From NCBI RefSeq assembly GCF_006345805.1, contig NW_021824677.1, positions 1 to 36,506 on the forward strand: DNA of 36,506 nt, read 5' to 3'. Position numbers and translations under genes: made by a program. The notes beneath the pieces were generated by a model. The model was not told the DNA's origin. It saw only the letters and a list, made by a program, of their open reading frames with translations, and did no database searches. The DNA comes from Octopus sinensis. Taxonomy: Eukaryota. This document shows, in pieces, positions 12,411-22,820 of the stretch (position 1 is the stretch's first letter; the number at the start of each line of letters is the position of its first letter).

Positions 12411-12547
12411 ACAAGCCCACATGCAGTACCACTGGGTATCAATTCTAATCAAATGCTGCAAGCTACTGAAAGTAAAGCAGAAGCTCCTAGTAATGGAGAT
12501 ATAAATGAAATCTTCTCAAAGACATCTCTTGCTATTGACACAAATGA
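12411..12547 (+). CDS. Internal coding exon of an unidentified host gene (137 nt, phase 0 to phase 2)
   Basis: Branch-like TGCTAAT at 12373, a long T-rich tract ending TTTTAG|, and donor GA|GTAAGT. The open frame reads TSPHAVPLGINSNQMLQATESKAEAPSNGDINEIFSKTSLAIDTN. It lies in non-repeat sequence. Protein not recognised. Confidence 0.7.
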
Positions 12548-12979
12548 GTAAGTATATTTTAATGGTTGTATGCTCAGTCAAGGTGTTATGCTATTCACAC
12601 TATGACCTTGACATTTGACTCTCACTGGTCTAATTTGCCAAGCTGTAAGCACCAGAAGAACTGTAAAATTAGACCAAATTAATGTTCTTTTTCTAATTTT
12701 TTTTTTTTGGGGGGGGGGGGGGTTCAACTATTTAAAGCATAATTCTTCAGAAATTTTATTTTCTAAGTTAAAAAGAGCTATAAAATTACCAATTGTTGCA
12801 TATGGAAAAAGTTGAAATTAACTCTTCTAAGAAATGCATAATCTGTTAATTGAATTGTTCATCATGTTTTAGTTGGATAAAGTGAGTAATTTTTAAGATA
12901 TTTTTTCAAAATAGGCTAAAAATGGTAATTCTATCTTGGTGTGATGAAAATTGTTGGTTGTAAACATAGAATGCATTAT

Positions 12980-13510
12980 CAGGAGTAAACCAAATGCATT
13001 CTTCGAAGATAATGACTTGCTCTCTGACACCTAGCTTGGCTTCCACTCAGGAAGAAGCTGCCTTACATAGTTTTTGCAGCATTATGACAGGGTGTTGAAA
13101 CACTAATGAATTGCTCAAACTTAGATGTGATATATCTTGATTTTGCAAATGTCTTCGATAAGGTTGACCATAGGATGATATGGAGACTCAACATAGTGAG
13201 AAAACTGAGTGAATGGTTACATGACTTCTTGAAAGACAGAAGTCAGGCTGTGGCAGCCAATGGAACCCTCTCCAAGGAGAGAGTAATAGCAAGTGGAGTA
13301 CTTCAGGGAACTGTCTTGGGGCTACTGCTGTTTATGGTGGCTCTTTCAGACATACCATCAGTTATGCAGACAGCCACACTTACTGGCTATGCCAACAACA
13401 CAAAAGTAGTACAAACAGTCAAGGAACCTGCTGATACTAATCTTCTACAGGAAAACCTAGATGCCATATATATAAATGAGCTGAAGAAAACAACATGCAA
13501 TTTAATTATG
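12980..13510 (+). mobile_element. CR1/L2-group LINE RT fragment
   Basis: LDFANVFDKVDH, WLHDFLKDRSQ, SGVLQGTVLGLLLF and YANNTK (decayed YADD). Same family as 27186-28370. Confidence 0.9.
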
Positions 13511-13542
13511 TATCACCATAGAGCACCATAAAAGGAAGACAA

Positions 13543-13924
13543 GCACAGTTTCACCATGCAGAAACACACTTTTTGCTTGATCATTTCATGTTAAAATATA
13601 TTTTTTTCATGGAAAATTATATATCATTTGAAAGTTCTGGATGTGAGCTTTCTTTTCACATAGTTTTGATCAAAATTTGATACATATCATGCCAGCTCCC
13701 TCAGTCACTGCAGTATTTCCACCAATTTACAAAGTTTGATATAAATATTGATGGGGTAGGTCAAATAATTGTTATGCAATATAAAAGTGAAAATTTCATC
13801 ATTAATTTCCACATAGAAAAGAACATATTTTCTTTAAGACTTCTATATTATAAGATAGAAAAATTTCTCATGAATTGAATACAGTCATTGCCAAATCTGG
13901 CCCCACAATATGGTGAAAAAGTGC
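13543..13924. mobile_element. Candidate MITE/non-autonomous DNA transposon (~380 bp)
   Basis: Imperfect 15-bp inverted ends GCACAGTTTCACCAT / ATGGTGAAAAAGTGC (13/15) around an AT-rich non-coding interior. No clear TSD. Confidence 0.3.
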
Positions 13925-13937
13925 AAAATCAGTAAAG

Positions 13938-14039
13938 ATATATGTGTGTGTATATATATATATATATATAAATGTGTGTGTGTATATATATATATAAATG
14001 TGTGTATGTATATATATATGTATGTATGTATATATATAA

Positions 14040-14092
<53 letters not shown>
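13938..14092. repeat. (TA)n/(TG)n microsatellite
   Basis: Direct reading. Confidence 0.95.
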
Positions 14093-14093
<1 letters not shown>

Positions 14094-14869
14094 CTATATA
14101 TAAACGGCAGTTTGTCTGTCTGTGTGTCTGTCAGGTTGTACCCTCACCCTAACCACGGCTTTCAACCGATTCTGATGAAACCTGACACACACATAGCCCA
14201 ATGTCATAATTCAAAACTAACGCAACGAAAATTTTGAAAAGTTCCCCCAGTTCTGAAAAAAAATCGATAAATTCGACATGGGTCAAGAATCTAAGCTTTT
14301 TATATGCAACACATTTTCTACAGACTGTCTAGGGGATGCAACTTGACCTTTTTAACTCTCGGAACACGTGGGGTAAGTATCCCAAAATGTACAAAAACGG
14401 CAAAAAAGCGGGCAGCAATGTGAGTGACAACAACGAAAAAGTCAAAAGTAACCAAACTGAACAAACGAATGGAAAAGGTTTTTTGATGCACACGACAAAA
14501 GCGGTTTATAATAAACCAAGAGTTTGCAAGTAGCGTCCGAGGACCCTTAGGGTACGTCAAAAATTCAAGGTAAAACGTTTGGGGTGGTAGTTATAAAGAA
14601 AGTGTGAACAAAAAAATTATTCGAATAACTTGCGGCTGCAGCAGCTATTAGCAGAAGTTGGGGGTAAAGTCTCAAATGTAATTTCTTCCTGGTAGGAATT
14701 GGTTGGGTTGAATTATCGATAGCTGTTTGATAGTTATTTGGGAGTGAAGAGAAGACATTGCAAGCTACACATGCGCCTTCGTTCCCTAGAGGGAAAGGAC
14801 TAGATTGGGATTAGTCGTTGCCTACTAGGGGCTCTTACATACCCGGGCAATGCCGGGCAATGCTGCTAG
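14093..14869 (+). mobile_element. Non-autonomous Helitron (Hel-1)
   Basis: A|TC 5' end in a TA tract followed by GTTTGTCTGTCTGTGTG. 3' hairpin CCCGG-gcaatg-CCGGG (14842-14857) lies 8 nt before CTAG|T. Confidence 0.85.
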
Positions 14870-14913
14870 TATATATATAAATGTCAAAAATAAGCAGCAA
14901 GAATGGATCCGGT

Positions 14914-15005
14914 AATTTAGTACAATTGTTTCATACTATAACATTTTATTAAAAGCTGTAAATATTACAGCAGATATAATATGTCAAGTAATCTTCAGCT
15001 AATTT
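14914..15005 (-). ncRNA. Type I minimal hammerhead ribozyme candidate at the PLE-1 3' end
   Basis: Minus strand: AATTAG-CTGAAGA-[extended stem II with inner GCTGTAA/TTACAGC hairpin]-GAAACAATTGTA-CTAAATT. Stem III is the palindrome ACAATTGT and the predicted cleavage triplet is GUA. Confidence 0.7.
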
Positions 15006-15819
15006 TATATAAGTTTTCCAATAATATAGAGTTCTCAAATCAATTAATAACATCCTAGAGAAGGTAAATATACAGATAAAGATGTAGATATGAATTTCAG
15101 GAACATGAGGTAGTATAGTGAGGATGCTAACCAGACCAAAATTAAGTTCACAACTAACTATTGTAAGAAAAATTTCCTTAGTTATAAGAATGGTGGTAAG
15201 GGCAGGTTAAGGAATCAAGTTAGTTGAAGAAAAGAAGGGGAAAAAATTTAGGAGATGTAAAAGACAAAACAGATTGACACTAGAACAAAGGGTCAATCTA
15301 TTTATGTGGTGACAGCAGATTTAGGTCAGTGTGGAAGGAGCACTAAATTCTTAGGAGACTATGAAGCTGACCAGACCTTGCTTTCAAATGAAAGCCATCA
15401 GAAATTTTTAGTTGGAATTTAGGGAAGGGAATATAAGGAAAGCTGTAAAAGGGGTTTAAGATAGTTGCAGAGAAAAATACATTAATGAAATCAAGGTTAT
15501 CACTAGAATAGAAGGACTATTTATTTTTATTTTTATATGGTGAGAAAAAATCTAGGTCAATGTCCAGAGGTCAATTAAATTCTTTAGCAAAGGGTAAGGG
15601 AGCAACACCTCATTTAATTTATAGTAGATATCGAATTATATAACTTGGGGAATAGTATTAAATGTTAAAATTAGAATAGAATTGGGAAAATGTGCAATTT
15701 CATGATTAAAGTAAGGTTAATTTAGTTGACTATAAAAGTTAGAGGTTGGTATAGTATATCTCGTATTATTATTATATTAAAAAGATACAGTTAGAAAAAG
15801 TAAGAAAACCTTAAAATTT

Positions 15820-17852
15820 CTATTTAAAATATTTGAAAGTTCTAATTGTTGAATGAATGCAAGACAGACCTAACTCTAGACGATTATTTAGTAGATTTTT
15901 ATTACTTCGATACTTTAAAATTTCGTAGGTTTTCATAGAACAGAGTTGGCAGCCTACTCTATTATTTCTATAAGGTTTTGACCTCCTAACTATATCCCAT
16001 TTTAGGTTGTATTCTATATTATTAGTTTTAAGTTCCCAAATTTTGCTAGATAGTGTAGTGCAACCTGCCTTATGTTTCAAACAGAAAGAAGAAAGATGAT
16101 TGCTAATCCGCTGTTTAAAATTAATAGAACAACCAATATAAAAGAAGTTACTGTTAGAAGTTATTATAGTACATTTATAGATTACATTTTGGACCGAACA
16201 ACGACCAGATGCCGGACAATTTGATCTAATCCTACAATTGCAACTGGGGGGATAATTTTCAGATTTAGAATTATTTAAGGATAGTTCTCTCACATTACTG
16301 TTATTTAAATTATTATAAGTAATATTATTAATATTATTTTCATTATTAGTGGTCATATTGTTATCTAAAATGGGGTTACTATTTATTGATCTATTTACAC
16401 TATCATTCACATCTAACATACCAATACCTTTATTACCTACATTATTGATATTACTATTATTATTATTTGTATTTATATCAATGTTGTTATTAATATTATT
16501 GCTATCATCATTTTTAGTATTATTTTTATTATTCCTATTATTACCATTATAATTATTTTTATTAATATTGATATTATTATTGTTGTTGTTGCTCTCATTG
16601 TGATAATGATTATTATTATTATTTCTATTTTTGATGCTATTATCACAATTATTATTACTATTCATGTTGATACTAATCGTACTACTCCTGGCTAACTTAA
16701 TGTTTTTACTATTAAGTCTAGCTATTATGGTAGACATATTTGGGAGGGTTGAATATGAAATCCTAACTGTTCTCTTAGAAATTATTTTATATTTATGGGA
16801 GGCTGGGAAGTTTTTTTCTAGTATAGATTTAAATTTACTGTACACATTCAACAAAATCGAACAATTAAAGGGAATATTTAGCCAAATGATATTTTCTCTT
16901 TTATATTTTTTTAAGTTGGGGTGAGATGTATTATTACCATTCTCATGAGAATTATTATTCGTTTTACTTCTATTTGCATGTTTTTTAGATTTATCTAGAT
17001 TAGTTTTTTCAAAGTTACTTATGAACTGGTCAATATTTTTATTCTTATAATTTGGTTTATACACTAGATTTTTCATCACCATAAAACTATTTTTATGTAG
17101 GGTATGATAGTTATTATTGTTAGCGTTATTTATATTTGCTTCATTGTTCGGAAGATACAAACGATCCTTATCGAGAAAGGTAATTTCTTGATCATATCCC
17201 GCTTTAGATAATGCGGTATTGTAATGGTTAGAGTGAGAGTTGAATATATCACTATTAGATGACAATTTGGAAATTCTTAGGGAAATATTTTTAATTAATG
17301 ATTTTATTATATTTGGGGGATGATTAGATAACTTATTTACATATCTAGTGATTTTGCCTTCCTTTCTAAATGGATAATGTAGCTTTGAATTAAGGTTTAA
17401 GGTAACATCTAGGAAATTAACTATCTTAGTGCCAGGTTCGTAAGTAATGCTAAGGTTAAAATCTTTAAAGAATTTATTAATTTTCTTTTTAATCCTTTCA
17501 ATGCTTGATTTACTATTGCTAGGTACAACGAACAGAGCATCATCCCTATATAGACCACCTTGTAACTCAGGGATCTCCCTGTTTATGCATTTTAATAAGT
17601 ATGCACCTACTAGATTCGTTATCTCAGCTGAATCGCTAGAGCCCATAGGTATATCAAAATTATTAAGGGTATCTGCTCTAGTCCATAATTTACCTTCAAA
17701 TTCAATGATAGTTTTTCTAGCTAATAGGATTATGTCAATTTCTTCTCTAGATATAAGAGAGCGATTCATAGCAAAAATAAACGATTTATTTAGTAAAATG
17801 GGGGATATACTAGAATAATAATTATTGATATCAAATTGGATAAAAGAGATAC
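15820..17852 (-). CDS. Penelope-like RT + GIY-YIG endonuclease polyprotein, 5'-truncated, stop-free for ~675 codons
   Basis: IQFDINNYYSSIS, FDIPMGSSDSAEI, LYRDD, VNFLDVTL, CNCR..CP...C, IYK..FYIG..FKQRISNH, CQLC and LNNRLE..CIH. The N-terminus of the supplied 709-aa ORF is flanking microsatellite, not element. Confidence 0.88.
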
Positions 17853-17976
17853 TATATATATAAATGTGTGTATATATATAAATGTATATATATGTATGTA
17901 TGTTATTATGGTTGTCGTTTTGATAAATAAATAAGTCATGATGAACCAACTAATGTGCTTCTCCATTTTTTTTATT

Positions 17977-18165
17977 TGCTTAGCGGTATTTCGTCTGTCG
18001 TTACGTTCAGAGTTCAAATTCCGCTGAGGTCGACTTTTCCTTTCATACTCTCAGGGTCGATAAATAAAATACCAGTTTCACACTGGGTCGATGTAATCAA
18101 CTTAATCCCTTTGTATGTCCTTGTTTGTCCCCTCTATGTTTAGCCCCTTGTGGGTAGTAAAGAAA
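17977..18165 (+). mobile_element. 5'-truncated tRNA-derived SINE (second family)
   Basis: B-box-like GTTCAAATTCC at 18012-18022, then GAGGTCGACTTTTCCTTTCAT..GGGTCGATAAATAAAATACCAG. From memory this resembles a Nin-type SINE central domain (unverified). Ends in a TA tract. Confidence 0.75.
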
Positions 18166-18594
18166 TATATATATATATATATAAAATGATGTATTCCCAT
18201 GTGACCTCTTGTCACAAGAGATCACATGGGAGAAAAACACTGAATTGAGCTACATAAGTTTTCTAGAAGCCATAATTAGCATGAAATTGTCATATTGAGA
18301 ATGTTGTTTATTCCCTCTTGCTGTTTTAACAATGTATGGAGAGCAACGTCCAAATTTTACCTAGTGGATATTCTTGTACATGTAAATTTCGTTTTTCTTT
18401 GAGAAATGTTGATTAAATTTCATCAATAAAAATTAAGTTGCACAATAAATATTATTTTGTAGACTACTAAAGTCTGATGTAATGTTGAATACAGTCGGAT
18501 AATTTGTGTTAGTGCTTACATATTCATTCTGTTTTTTCTCTCTCTCTTTACTGTTTACTGTAAGTTACAAATGTTTTTATTTTAATTTATGCTT

Positions 18595-18769
18595 TTAACC
18601 CTTTTGATATCAACCTGGCTGAAACCGCCTCTGGCTCTGTATTACAAATGTCTCATTTTCAAAAGTTCTGAATTAAAATCTTCCACCAAACCTTAGTCAC
18701 AATTTATGTTCCTAACACTAGCTTAATGATAATTAAGTTATTTTGCTAAATTCTTTGTCATATTTAAAA
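18595..18769. mobile_element. One end of a TTAA-CCCTTT (piggyBac-like) MITE, cut off at the Helitron CTAG
   Basis: TTAA|CCCTTTTG terminus. The body is recalled as a common octopus repeat (unverified). The opposite TIR is not seen. Confidence 0.45.
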
Positions 18770-19208
18770 CTAGCTGAATGACCCAGCATTGTGCGGGTTA
18801 CTGCTGTTCTTATTCAGATTAGTAGACAATATCTATGAACCCAGAACCATTACAAAATAAAATGATTACCTAAGTATCATGATTTCATTATTAACATTTG
18901 CAAAATGCAAGTGTTAATAATGACATCATGATACGTAGGTAATCGTTTTATTTTGTAAATTTTCATGTGCCTTGCTTATTTTTTTACATTTTGGCATTTG
19001 CTGGGTTTTTTTTTCTTGAGAACACACTCTTTGTGGTAAGGTGATTTCACGTCTATTTCTAGCATATAGGATTCCACTTTAGTGGTCATTCCTCTTATTA
19101 ATTGGAATATAATTTTTAAATACTTTGGATTTTTTTGAATATGTTAGACCACTGGTTTAAATTGATGTTAATTGCTTGATGTCAATTTCTACCCTCAGTA
19201 TTTTAATT
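18770..19208 (-). mobile_element. Helitron-like element (Hel-4); 5' end unresolved
   Basis: Minus-strand CTAG|T at 18770-18773, with an ACCC..GC/GC..GGGT hairpin at 18781-18798. Runs into a TA tract at ~19209. Confidence 0.5.
18850..18958. repeat. 109-bp near-perfect palindrome (53-bp arms, 4 mismatches, 3-nt loop)
   Basis: Arm-by-arm comparison of 18850-18902 with the reverse complement of 18906-18958. Confidence 0.95.
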
Positions 19209-19289
19209 ATATATATATATATATATATATGTTAAGGTATATGTAAATATGTACGTATAGATATGTATATATAAATGTATATATATATA

Positions 19290-19666
19290 CTAGCAGTATC
19301 GCCCGGCGTTGCTCAGGTTTGTAAGGGAAATAACTATAAAGCATTTTTAGAGAGTTATAGCCAAAAAATAGCAAAAAAATGGAAAAAAAATGATGGTAAA
19401 TTATTTTTTGAGTTAAAAAAGGTCGAGTTGCGTCCCCTAGACAGTCTGTGGTTTGTGTTTCTGATTCTCGACCCCATGTCGAATTTATCGATTTTTTTCA
19501 GAACTGGGGGAACTTTTCAAAATTTTCGCTGCGTTAGTTTTGAATTATGACATTGGGCTATGTGTGTGTCAGGTTTCATCAGAATCGGTTGAAAGCCGTG
19601 GTCAGGGTGAGGGTACAACCAAACAGACACACAGAAACACACACAGACAAACTGCCGTTTATATAG

Positions 19667-19667
<1 letters not shown>
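19290..19667 (-). mobile_element. Non-autonomous Helitron (Hel-2), sharing its 5' ~270 bp with Hel-1
   Basis: Minus-strand TC start at 19667, degenerate CCTGAGCAACGCCGGG hairpin, and CTAG|T at 19290-19293. Confidence 0.85.
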
Positions 19668-19700
<33 letters not shown>

Positions 19701-19702
19701 TA

Positions 19703-21859
19703 TACCTTGGTAGATAAAGCAATTAAAAGTATAAAGACAGGAAAAGCTCCCGGCCCATCAGGAATTACAGCAGAGATGCTCAAAATATCTGGTAGTGTCA
19801 GCTATAACGCAGTCACCCATATAGTTAACCAGGTGATACACGAAGGAGTCATACCCAATGACTAGTGTAGCAGCACTATAGTCAACTGCTACAAAGGAAA
19901 AGGCAATGCTTTAGATACAAATAATTACAGAGGTATCAAGTTGTTAATCAGGTAATGAAGGTCATAGAGAGGGTTATAGCCCAACTAATTAGGGAGAGAG
20001 TCAGTTTAGATGAGATGCAGTTTGGCTTTGTGCCAGGGAAAAGCACCACTGATGCTATATTTCTGGTAAGACAGCTGCAGGAGAAATACCTAGCCAAAAA
20101 TAAACCTCTGTACCTGGCTTTTGTTGACATGGAGAAAGCCTTTAACAGGGTCCCCGGATCCCTTATCTGGTGGTCAATGAGGAAACTAGGGATAGATGAA
20201 TGGTTAGTGAGAGCTGCGCAAGCCATGTACAGGGACGTTGTCAGTAAGGTGAGGGTTGGCAACGAGTACACTGAAGAATTCTGGGTAGGGGTAGGGGTCC
20301 ACAAAGGTTCAGTCCTTAGCCTCCTCCTATTTATCATAGTCCTCCAGGCAATAATAGAGGAATTCAAGACAGGATGCTCTTGGGAGCTCCTCTGTGCTGA
20401 CGAACTTGTTCTAATTGCTGAGTCACTATCAGAACTCGAGGAGGAGTTTCAGGTGTGGAAACAAGGATTAGAATCAAAGGGCCTTATAGTCAACCTAGCT
20501 AAAACCAAAATCCTAATAAGTAGGAAGGCAGACAAACCACAAACCCCTTCAGGGAGATGGCCCTGCTCGATCTGTAGAAAAGGCGTAGGTAGAAACTCTA
20601 TAAGATGCACCAAGTGTAAGCTATGGACACATAAGAGGTGCAGTAATATCAAAGGAAGGCTGACTGGGAAGATAGTTTTTGTATATGGCAGATGCTCAGG
20701 AGCAATAAACACCGAAAATGTGTAGAGAACAACTTGTGCCACATTTCAGGGAGAAAAACTAGAAGTATTTGATAGCTTTCATTACCTAGGTGACCAAGTC
20801 AGTAGCAGGGGAGGGTGCGCTGAAAGTGTAGCTGCTAGAATACGAATAGCCTGGGCAAAGTTCAGGGAACTCTGCTAGTGAAAAAGGGCTTCTCTCCCAG
20901 AGTAAAAGGTAGACTGTATGACACATGTGTACGAACAGCCATGCTACATGACAGTGAAATATTTGCCATGACTGCTGAGGACATGCGTAAGCTTACAAGG
21001 AATGAAGCCAATATGATCCAATGGATGTGTAATGTCAGTGTGCATACTTGACAGAATCTAAGTACCTTGAAAGAAAAGTTGGACCTAAGAAGCATGAGAT
21101 GTAGTGTGCAAGAGAGATGACTGCGCTGGTGTGGTCATGTGGCAAGAGTGGATGAGGATAGCTGTGTGAAAAAGTGCCACACCCTAGCGGTTGAGGGAAC
21201 CTGTGGAAGAGGTAGACCCAGGAAGACCTGGGATGAAGTGGTGAAGCACGATCTTTGAACATTAAGCCTCACCGAGGCAGTGACAGAGACTTTTGGAATA
21301 TGCTGTGCTTGAGAAGACCTGGCAAGCCAAATGAGACCATAACCTCGTGGCCTATGTCAGGGGCGTAACCAGCCCACTTATGCATACCTTTCGTTCATTG
21401 GACACTAAACTCTGCTTGCGAAGACCCGTTGAGGCAAGTGAAATCGAAATCAAATTCAATGACTGGCATCCGTGCTAGTGGGGTGCTAAGTGCCTTACTG
21501 GCACTTGTGCCCCGTGTTAGTGGGGTGCTAAGAGCACCATCCAAGCAGAGTGGCTTAATTGCTTCCGTGCCAGTAGCATGTAAAAGCCACCATTCGAGTG
21601 TGATCATTACCAGCGTTGCCTTACTGGCATGTGAAAAAAACATTTGAGCGAGGTCGTTGCCAGTACCACCTGACTGGCACGTAAAAGCACCCGCTACACT
21701 CTTGGAGTGGTTGGCATTGGGAAGGGCATCCAGCTGTAGAAATTCTGCCTGATCTAGATTGGAGCCTGTTGCCGCCATCTGGTTAGCCAGTCCTCAGTCA
21801 AATCGTCCAACCCATGCTAGCATGGAAAGTGGACGTTAAACGATGATGATGATGATGAT
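19703..21859 (+). mobile_element. RTE-clade LINE, 5'-truncated (RTE-E)
   Basis: 256-aa RT ORF fragment at 19955-20725 (QFGFVPGKSTTDAIF, DMEKAFNRVP, CADELVL, PHD-like cluster), followed by a 3' UTR and (GAT)n tail. Confidence 0.95.
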
Positions 21860-21882
21860 ACACACACACACGTACATAAATA

Positions 21883-22756
21883 TCTACTTCATTTATGGAA
21901 AGTTCTGTCTGTGGGTGTGTTTGTGGGTTTCTTACCTAACTCCTCTTTCATAATTTTATCAATTTTTATGAAACTTTACACAGGAGTAGAACTCAAGTCT
22001 GGAAACCTCATGACATACTTAGATTGCTGGAAAAAATCGATAATAGGGCCTCTGGTTGGGATCCTTATATCTACTACATATAACAAGTATATTTTATTTA
22101 AACATTCAAAGGAAATAACCTATTCATCTTCGTAAATTATCTGGTGTAAATCAACATGGGTATGCTTATTTCTTAGTATTTGAACTGTGAGTTATTTTCT
22201 CAATTTATCCAGTACAATACTTCAACAAATAAATAGTATTTTCCTAAAGAATAGATCCATTTATTTCGGTTAGTGGCTTATTCACGAATATACCAACAGT
22301 AGCGCCACTGGGTAATATTCTCTGGGAACACACAAAAGCCCTTTTCAGAGTTATTTACTTCGAATTGTTATTATCTCATATCTGATTAGACTGTTATTAT
22401 GTAACATGCTTCATGATTTTAGTTTCCATACCTTTTAGTATTTCCCCCTAAATTCTTTATACTCTGGGAATGTATTAAAGCCCTTTTTGGGTCTACTTTA
22501 TTTGCATTCTTATTATCAGGTGAATAATTTCATTTTATTACATAATTAACTTCACAATTTTTGTATCCACAACTTATTCGGAATTGCTAAAAACAAGATC
22601 CTATGTAAAACAGTTCGGTATTCAATGTAAATGCATAAAAACCATTTTAAAGGCTATATAATTTGTATTGTTGTTACTGAATTAGTGAAACAATTATGAG
22701 AATGGAACCAAGGAATAAGCCCTGCCTTCCTGGGAATAACCGGGCATGTCACCTAG
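21883..22756 (+). mobile_element. Older non-autonomous Helitron (Hel-3)
   Basis: A|TCTAC start followed by GTCTGTGGGTGTGTTTGT and ATCAATTTTTATGAAACTTTACACA, similar to the Hel-1 5' region. Imperfect CCTGG/CCGGG hairpin 8 nt before CTAG|T at 22753-22756. Confidence 0.65.
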
Positions 22757-22820
22757 TAAATAAATATATCTGTATATATATATATATATATTATATATAT
22801 ATATATAGATATATATCTGT

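Larger units (their letters stand above)
14881..17852 (-). mobile_element. Penelope-like retroelement, 5'-truncated (PLE-1)
   Basis: RT plus C-terminal GIY-YIG ORF, ~0.9 kb 3' region, and a hammerhead fold near the 3' end. Both ends abut TA tracts. Confidence 0.92.

Noticed and set aside
12698-12722. Adjacent poly-T and poly-G runs
   Set aside because: Simple homopolymers; no supportable terminator or G-quadruplex role.
17853-17949. N-terminus of the 709-aa ORF (MVHHDL..YIYIYI)
   Set aside because: Read-through into flanking microsatellite; PLE homology starts at about SFIQFD.
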